NCBI GenBank assembly: GCA_039801885.1
Contig: JBDRVN010000041.1
Location: forward strand, 1 to 16,173
Direction: 5' to 3'
Source of the DNA: a candidate division WOR-3 bacterium
Lineage (GTDB): Bacteria > Hydrothermota > Tepidihabitantia > Tepidihabitantales > DTDR01
Length of the DNA: 16,173 bases
Shown piece after piece: positions 1 to 5,760 of this stretch. The translations under genes and the position numbers were made by a program. How positions within the stretch are numbered: position 1 is the stretch's first letter; each line of letters begins with the position of its first letter. Below the pieces are notes generated by a model. That model did not search any database and was not told where the DNA came from. It saw only the letters and a list, made by a program, of their open reading frames with translations.

Positions 1-1
1 G

Positions 2-163
2 TCAACAATTAAAGAAGAGAATAAGAAAATCACCTATTTTGAAAAATATTATAATGAAATCTTTGATATAACCGGCAAAAAAATCAAACACCAAAAAATT
101 TCTTCCAAGGGTATCTATTTCTTAAAAGAAGAAAAGAGGATTAAAAAAATTGTAATTTATTAA
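2..163 (+). CDS. Partial CDS (3' end only): secreted protein with a T9SS/Por-like C-terminal sorting tail
   Basis: Not in the ORF track. Frame 2 is open from the window edge: STIKEENKKITYFEKYYNEIFDITGKKIKHQKISSKGIYFLKEEKRIKKIVIY*, stop at 161-163. It carries the CTD-type motifs IFDxxGK, GIYF and terminal KKIVI. The stop overlaps the convergent gene's stop (ttaa 160-163). Confidence 0.75.
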   Translation, partial: STIKEENKKITYFEKYYNEIFDITGKKIKHQKISSKGIYFLKEEKRIKKIVIY

Positions 164-1452
164 TTTCCCTTTGTTATTCTTTTTACCAAAAGAATTCTCA
201 AAATAGTAGTGAAGTTAGTAAGAAAGGCTAAAAGGATTATCGAAAGAAAAGACTGATTAAAGATGGAGAAAAGGAAGATTAAAAATAGTCTTATATCCCG
301 ACTTAAAGGAATTAAAGGATGAGAAATATCTTGAGAAAATAATAATCTTTCTTTATCCTTTAATATCATCGACATATTAGAACCGATAATTGCTAAAAAG
401 GCAAAGAAAAAAATCCAAATTTGATTAGTCTTTAAATAATGAGAAAAGGTAATTGCGGAAATAATTATTGTGTCGCTGTATCGGTCAAAAAGGGCATCTA
501 AGTAGGCACCAAATTTAGTTGTTGCCAATTTTATCCTTGCTATTTCGCCATCAACACCATCCAAAATAGAAACAAACTGAACTAATAAACCACCAAGGAT
601 ATTAGAAAAGAAAAAGATAAAAGAAGCAACAATTGTTAAGAGAAAATTGATAATAGTGATGGTTAAGGGCTTAATATTACACCAACAGAAAAATTTGGTA
701 AATAACTTAGAAATCCTGCGGTTAATTATCCTACTAATTATTCCATCTTCTTTTTTACCACAATTATTTAAAAGATAATTACTTACCCATTTTTTACTTT
801 CTTTATCATTCACATTAAAGACATATTCCTTTTTCTTAATAAAGAAAGTCTTTAACTTCTCTTTCTTTAAAAATTCTTTTATTAAATAACTAAGCTCTAT
901 TTCTTCTTCTAACAATTCTTTTTGGAAACTAAAGCCATTCTTTTCTAAAAAGAAAATTCCGCAATCTATCCCATCGAAATCTTCCAAATCCTTACCAATA
1001 TCAACAATAAAATTATCAACAATCTTTACTTTTGTCTCTTTTTCTAAATTATTTAATAGATTTAAGTTGTTATGAACTACCATTAATGGTGCTTCTTCTT
1101 TTAAAACCCTTTCAATAATTTCTGGTGAATAGATATGGTCAGCCATTAATAAAAGGAACTTCTCTTTTTCTTTAAGCAAATTAATTCCACAAAGGAAAGA
1201 AGCGCCATTACCTTTGTGATATTTCTCATTATAGACAAATTGGAAATTTATATCTTTAAATTTCTTTCTTAAATATTTTTCTATTAGCTCTCCTTTATAA
1301 CCAAGGACAACAATTATCTCTTTAATTCCAACTTTTATTAAAGGAATAATCACCCTCTCAATTAAAGAAAGTCCGAGCACCTTATGAAGAGGTTTTGGTA
1401 AAGAAGAGTTCATTCTTTCACCCTTCCCGGCTGCCAAAATAATCGCCTTCAT
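160..1452 (-). CDS. spsI: Bifunctional CTP:inositol-1-phosphate cytidylyltransferase / di-myo-inositol-phosphate-phosphate synthase (IPCT/DIPPS)
   Basis: N-terminal NTP-transferase domain (AIILAAGKGERM..PKPL, LLMADH, IGKDLEDFDGIDCGIF). DIPPS-type linker DGIISRIINRRIS. C-terminal membrane domain with the CDP-alcohol phosphotransferase motif DGVDGEIAR-x8-GAYLDALFD. Confidence 0.85.
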   Translation of the reverse strand: MKAIILAAGKGERMNSSLPKPLHKVLGLSLIERVIIPLIKVGIKEIIVVLGYKGELIEKYLRKKFKDINFQFVYNEKYHKGNGASFLCGINLLKEKEKFLLLMADHIYSPEIIERVLKEEAPLMVVHNNLNLLNNLEKETKVKIVDNFIVDIGKDLEDFDGIDCGIFFLEKNGFSFQKELLEEEIELSYLIKEFLKKEKLKTFFIKKKEYVFNVNDKESKKWVSNYLLNNCGKKEDGIISRIINRRISKLFTKFFCWCNIKPLTITIINFLLTIVASFIFFFSNILGGLLVQFVSILDGVDGEIARIKLATTKFGAYLDALFDRYSDTIIISAITFSHYLKTNQIWIFFFAFLAIIGSNMSMILKDKERLLFSQDISHPLIPLSRDIRLFLIFLFSIFNQSFLSIILLAFLTNFTTILRILLVKRITKGN

Positions 1453-1483
1453 CTTAATTTTTCTCTTTCATTAATTTTTATTT

Positions 1484-1505
1484 AAGAGGTCTAAAAAGAC
1501 CTCTT
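1484..1505 (-). promoter_or_regulatory. Stem-loop in the riboswitch expression platform (possible weak terminator or spacer hairpin)
   Basis: Perfect 8-bp inverted repeat AAGAGGTC-6nt-GACCTCTT directly 3' of the aptamer. No U-tract follows on the minus strand. Confidence 0.55.
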
Positions 1506-1645
1506 TCTTTCGCCTACGGAGTTAGTTGTCGGGTTAGGCCGAAAGAGTAGCCCGGCTTATCGCCTTCACCCCAAGTCTTCCAAAAAGAAGGCAAAATATC
1601 CTCCGCTCCGCATTATCTGAAAAAATGCGGATTCGGCATCGAAAG
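1501..1645 (-). promoter_or_regulatory. Cyclic di-AMP riboswitch (ydaO/yuaA class, Rfam RF00379)
   Basis: The minus strand reads CTTTCGATGCCGAATCCGC..GCGGAGCGGAGGA..TTGGGGTGAA..GGGCTACTCTTTCGGCCTAACCCGACAACTAACTCCGTAGGCGAAAGAAAGAG. This contains the ydaO hallmark blocks GCxGAATCC, GGAGCGGxGGA, GGGGTGAA and ACCCGACAxCTAACxCCGTAxGCG in the right order. P1 pairs CTTTCG..GCC with GGCGAAAG, and loop CTCTTTC can form the pseudoknot with GAAAGAG. It lies in the 5' UTR of IPCT/DIPPS. Confidence 0.93.
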
Positions 1646-1657
1646 TCCATGTATAAT

Positions 1658-1686
1658 AATATAGGTTTTTTAAATAAAAAAATCAA
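1658..1686 (-). promoter_or_regulatory. Sigma70-type promoter for the riboswitch-IPCT/DIPPS transcript
   Basis: TTGATT (1686-1681)-N17-TATATT (1663-1658). The predicted TSS near 1651 is just upstream of the aptamer. Confidence 0.6.
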
Positions 1687-1731
1687 GGAAAAAGAATATT
1701 ACCATTTGTCGCTAAGTGAATGAAAAAAAGT

Positions 1732-1760
1732 GGTAACCTTTTGGGGTCTTTTTTCGTATT
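1732..1760 (+). promoter_or_regulatory. Putative ECF sigma-factor promoter
   Basis: GGTAAC (1732-1737)-N17-CGTATT (1755-1760) resembles AAC/CGT-type ECF promoters (SigW/SigM-like). It is followed by AGGAG at 1770-1774 and ATG at 1781. Confidence 0.45.
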
Positions 1761-1780
1761 ATATATAGAAGGAGAATAAT

Positions 1781-1876
1781 ATGATGGCAAATATGGTAAG
1801 ATTGATTAAAAAAATGATAAAAAACAAACTAAAAAAGGAGGTATTAAAGGAGTTATATCTTTCTCTTAAAAGTTAA
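1781..1876 (+). CDS. Putative small basic peptide (31 aa)
   Basis: MMANMVRLIKKMIKNKLKKEVLKELYLSLKS*. SD AGGAG lies 6 nt upstream and an ECF-like promoter precedes it. No recognisable homology. Confidence 0.35.
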   Translation: MMANMVRLIKKMIKNKLKKEVLKELYLSLKS

Positions 1877-2143
1877 ATAATAAATTCCTTTCAATATCTT
1901 CTTATCTTTCCTTTAATTTAACAGGAGGATTTTACTTTCTATTAAGAAGGGAGCAGTATAGGAGATAGTATAGTTTATAATCTCTAAAGTATTAAATAAT
2001 TAAGAAGTAAACAAGTTTTCAATATAAATAATGACTTATAATTCTCTTTTAATATCCCTTTCTTTTCTAAAGAAATTAGAGAAAAAATAAAAGAATTTAA
2101 AATGGGGTTATTAAAAAGATGTTTACTGGTATATTGCCATTTG

Positions 2144-2171
2144 TTGACTTATCTCTTTTTTCTTTTATAAT
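2144..2171 (+). promoter_or_regulatory. Sigma70 promoter giving a leaderless transcript
   Basis: TTGACT-N16-TATAAT, with the ATG at 2177 only 5 nt after the -10 box and no SD. Confidence 0.7.
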
Positions 2172-2176
2172 TTTTT

Positions 2177-2683
2177 ATGTTTTTTACCTTGATTTTTTAT
2201 TTATTCTCCTCAACCGAGATTGGCTTATTATTAGGTGACCAGACCCCTTTTGGTAGATTAAAAAGATATTTCTATCCCACCCCTTCCTTTTCTTTAGAAT
2301 TATCAAAAGAAAGTAAATTTTCTGATTTTGGTTTATCTTTCACCTATTCCTGTTTTAAAAATCAATATTCTTCTCTCTATTTTCTGAAACCCCAGATTTT
2401 TTTTGAACCCTCTTTTTTAACAATTAAAAATAAAAAAGGGAAATTATTTTTCGCTCTTTCTTATCTTTATTTAATAAGAGAAGTCTATTGGGAAAAGAAA
2501 ACAAAAGAAAGCGGTAATTATTTTAATTACAATTTTGGTCTTGGTTATAAAGAGAAATTAAAGAAAATCAATTTTAAAATAAGAATTTTCCTTTCGCTTA
2601 TTCCGGAAAGACTGGAATTTGAAAAAGAAAGTAATTTTTATTATCTTTTAAATTCCCAAATTGGTGTTGGCTATGAATTTTAA
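2177..2683 (+). CDS. Small outer-membrane beta-barrel protein (hypothetical)
   Basis: Short hydrophobic N-terminal signal, alternating aromatic/polar beta-strand pattern (FGLSFTY, YNFGLGY), and a C-terminal beta-signal ending in Phe (QIGVGYEF). Confidence 0.6.
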   Translation: MFFTLIFYLFSSTEIGLLLGDQTPFGRLKRYFYPTPSFSLELSKESKFSDFGLSFTYSCFKNQYSSLYFLKPQIFFEPSFLTIKNKKGKLFFALSYLYLIREVYWEKKTKESGNYFNYNFGLGYKEKLKKINFKIRIFLSLIPERLEFEKESNFYYLLNSQIGVGYEF

Positions 2684-3263
2684 AAAATCCCTTTTATTTT
2701 TATTTCTATTTATCTTTTGCCAAAAAGATAGTTTGTTAAACAGAACAACCGGTGATTATTTCCCCTTGGAAAAGGGAAAAACTTATTACTATTATTCAAC
2801 TTTAGAAGATACCATCCAATTTAAGTTTGTTGGCGATACCTTTCTCTTTGGCACTAATCTTTTTTATTGTGAAAGAAATATTGAACCGATATTTTTTATA
2901 AAAGAAAAGTTTTCTATTAAAAAATTTGTCTGTAAAGAGACATTAATTTTTGGCGAGATTGAGACCTTATACAAAGGTTTTATTAATTTTCTCTCTTTTC
3001 CTTTGATTGAAAATAAAGAATTTAAAGATTCAATTATTAATGACACAATAAAATTCTATTTTCTTGGTAAAGTCTTAAAAAGGGATAATTTAGAAGTTCC
3101 CTATGGCAAATTTTCTGATGTCTATTCAATAATTATCAAAGAAAAGGAGATTATTGGTGAAAATAAAGATTCTTTAATTTACCTTTATTATTTAGCACCG
3201 GAAATAGGAATTATTAAGAAAGAGTATAATAATCATTACGAAATCCTCTGTCGCATAGAGTAA
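2673..3263 (+). CDS. Putative lipoprotein (DUF3108/TapB-like beta-sheet family)
   Basis: The more likely start is ATG 2673 (the ORF track starts at TTG 2661). MNFKKSLLFLFLFIF-C is a lipoprotein-like signal. Motifs DYFPLEKG..YYY, VPYGKF and YLAPEIGIIK. Confidence 0.6.
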   Translation: MNFKKSLLFLFLFIFCQKDSLLNRTTGDYFPLEKGKTYYYYSTLEDTIQFKFVGDTFLFGTNLFYCERNIEPIFFIKEKFSIKKFVCKETLIFGEIETLYKGFINFLSFPLIENKEFKDSIINDTIKFYFLGKVLKRDNLEVPYGKFSDVYSIIIKEKEIIGENKDSLIYLYYLAPEIGIIKKEYNNHYEILCRIE

Positions 3264-4544
3264 ATGATTATCTTTATATTATTTTTCTTATGCTATTTTT
3301 TAATGGCAATCTTTTTTAGATTTAGATTATATATCCTTTTTGTTTTTATTCTCTTTTTCTTTCTCTTCGGTTTCTCTTTCAAAGATTATATCAATTTTAT
3401 TGACTTTAATATTATTATGCTCTTTTTAGGAACTTATATTATTGCTGAAGGGTTTTTTTTATCAGAAATTCCCAAAAAGATTGCCTTTCATTTAGTTAAT
3501 AAGGCAAAGACCTTATTTTATTCAATTATTATCTTTTCTATTTTAAGCGGTCTTTTATCAAGTTTTTTAGAAAATGCGGCGGTGATTCTAATCCTGGCAC
3601 CAATTGCCTATTCTTGTGCCTTATATTTTAATACCTCACCATTAAATTTTATTATTCCAATTTGTTTGGCAAGCAATTTACAAGGCTCAGCAACCTTGAT
3701 TGGTGACCCACCAAGTATGATTTTAGCAGAGAAAGCAAATCTAAAATTTTTAGACTTCTTTATTTTTCAAGGAAAACCTTCTTTATTTTTTGCTGTCCAA
3801 ATCGGCTTTTTCTTTTCTCTATTAACAATCTATTTTATTTTAAAAAGAGAAAAGAAAGAACTTATGAAAACCCATCCGGAAATTGAAGAAGTTAATATTC
3901 CCAAAAGAAATTATCTTTTTTTAATAATTTTTTTATTATTTATTTTAAGTTTAATAATTTTCCCCCGAATAATGAAAGATAACAATTATCTTTTTTATGC
4001 CGGTCTTATCTCATTATTTTATGCTTTTTTAACAATTATCTTTCTTTTTATCTTCAAATTAATAAAGCCAAAAAATTTCTTTAAAATCCTTGACTACGAA
4101 ACTATCCTTTTTTTAATTGGCATTTTTATCTTAATTGGAATATTTAAAAATGGTGGCGGATTAACCATTTTATCCCATTTCTTTAATAACATCTTTGCTA
4201 TCTTTAAACACCAAATTTTTATTTATATTTTTATTCTTTTTCTTTCTCTCCTTTTTTCTTCTTTTATGGATAATGTGCCTTTCTTTTTATTAATTTCCGA
4301 ATTAATAAAAATTTTTTATCCGGAAGGTAAGATGTTTTATCTATTAATATTCGGTTCATTAATTGCCTCTACGGTTGGTGGTAATATCACTCCTTTTGGT
4401 GCCCAAGCAAATATTATCGGTATTGGTTATCTTAAAAAGAAAGGGATTAAGACAAAATTTTTTGACTTTTTTAAATTAGGTCTACCTTTCTCTCTGGCGG
4501 GAACAATTGCCAGTGGAATTTTTATCTATTTTTTATGGAGATAG
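3264..4544 (+). CDS. Ion transporter superfamily permease (ArsB/NhaD/SLC13/CitMHS-like)
   Basis: Polytopic membrane protein with the paired hairpin motifs SSFLEN..SNLQGSATLIGDPP and SSFMDNVP..GGNITPFGAQANII. Confidence 0.85.
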   Translation: MIIFILFFLCYFLMAIFFRFRLYILFVFILFFFLFGFSFKDYINFIDFNIIMLFLGTYIIAEGFFLSEIPKKIAFHLVNKAKTLFYSIIIFSILSGLLSSFLENAAVILILAPIAYSCALYFNTSPLNFIIPICLASNLQGSATLIGDPPSMILAEKANLKFLDFFIFQGKPSLFFAVQIGFFFSLLTIYFILKREKKELMKTHPEIEEVNIPKRNYLFLIIFLLFILSLIIFPRIMKDNNYLFYAGLISLFYAFLTIIFLFIFKLIKPKNFFKILDYETILFLIGIFILIGIFKNGGGLTILSHFFNNIFAIFKHQIFIYIFILFLSLLFSSFMDNVPFFLLISELIKIFYPEGKMFYLLIFGSLIASTVGGNITPFGAQANIIGIGYLKKKGIKTKFFDFFKLGLPFSLAGTIASGIFIYFLWR

Positions 4545-4545
4545 G

Positions 4546-5760
4546 ATGTTATTAATTAAAAATATCTCTCAACTCCTTTTAATGGATAAACCCGATTTTA
4601 CAATTATTGAAAATAGTTATCTTCTAATTAAAGAAGATAAAATTTATGATTTTGGTAAAATGGAAGATTTAAAATTGGAAAAGAAAGAAAATTACCAGAT
4701 TGTTGATGCGAAAAATTCTTGTGTTTTACCCGGTCTTATTGATTCCCATACCCATCTCTTCTTTTCCGGTGAAAGAGAAGATGAGTTGGAGATGAGATTA
4801 AATAAAGAAAGTTATTACGAAATTTTAAAAAAGGGTGGTGGAATTTATTATACTTTTAAAAAAACAAAAGAGAAAAAAGATAAGGAACTGTTTCAAGAGA
4901 ATTACGAAAAATTGTTAAATGTATTAAAATGGGGAACAACAACGATTGAAATAAAAAGTGGTTATGGAATTTATCCCGAAGAAGAATTGAGGCATTTAAG
5001 AATTATTAATCAATTAAAAGAAAAATTAAAAGATAAGATTACCATTCTACCTACTTTTCTTATCCACGTAATCCCTAAGGATATTGAAAGAAAAGAATAT
5101 ATTCAATTGATGAAAAAAACAATGGAGATTGTTGCTAAAGAAAAATTGGCAATCTTTTGTGATGTCTTCTGTGAAAAGGGAGAGAATACCTTTAATAAAA
5201 AAGAAAGTATAGAACTACTTTCTTACGGAAAAGAACTGGGTCTTATTCCTAAAATCCATGCCAATGAACTTTTTTATTCCAAAGGAGATTATGTTGCCTA
5301 TCAAGTTGGCTGTATCTCTGCCGACCATTTAATCTATCCGGAAATTAAAAATCTTAAATTAATGAAGAAAAAAGATGTTTGTGCCACTCTTTTACCCGGT
5401 ACTTCTTTATTTTTACAGATGAAAAAGAAACCACCAATAAATATATTTAAAAAATTAAATATGAAAATTGCTCTGGCAAGCGATTATAATCCGGGAACCT
5501 GCCCAATTTATCAAATGCCAATAATTATTTCTTTGGGTGCTTTCTTATATGATTTTAACGAAAAAGAGAGCCTCTATTATGGAACTATGGGAAATGCCTA
5601 TGCTTTAAATCTTCAAAATAAAATTGGTTCAATTGAAATAGGAAAAGAAGCAGATTTAATATTTTTAAAATATAATAAATACCAAAAAATCTTTTATAAT
5701 CCCTTTTCTAACCCAATAAAAACTGTACTCAAAAAAGGCAAAATAATTATTGAACAATAA
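4546..5760 (+). CDS. hutI: Imidazolonepropionase
   Basis: The likely start is ATG 4546 (GGAG at 4537-4540), not 4507. Amidohydrolase/HutI motifs PGLIDSHTH, GTTTIEIKSGYG, DVFCE, KIHANE, SADHL, LLPGT and ASDYNPG. Confidence 0.92.
   Translation: MLLIKNISQLLLMDKPDFTIIENSYLLIKEDKIYDFGKMEDLKLEKKENYQIVDAKNSCVLPGLIDSHTHLFFSGEREDELEMRLNKESYYEILKKGGGIYYTFKKTKEKKDKELFQENYEKLLNVLKWGTTTIEIKSGYGIYPEEELRHLRIINQLKEKLKDKITILPTFLIHVIPKDIERKEYIQLMKKTMEIVAKEKLAIFCDVFCEKGENTFNKKESIELLSYGKELGLIPKIHANELFYSKGDYVAYQVGCISADHLIYPEIKNLKLMKKKDVCATLLPGTSLFLQMKKKPPINIFKKLNMKIALASDYNPGTCPIYQMPIIISLGAFLYDFNEKESLYYGTMGNAYALNLQNKIGSIEIGKEADLIFLKYNKYQKIFYNPFSNPIKTVLKKGKIIIEQ

Noticed and set aside
1690-2140. Long AT-rich intergenic region as a replication origin
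   Set aside because: I found no DnaA boxes (TTATCCACA-like) and no dnaA/parAB context.
2864-3046. 60-aa minus-strand ORF
   Set aside because: Antisense shadow inside the lipoprotein gene, with no motifs.
5747-5760. Overlapping 3' ends of convergent genes (also at 160-163)
   Set aside because: Common in compact AT-rich genomes, with no further evidence of antisense regulation.
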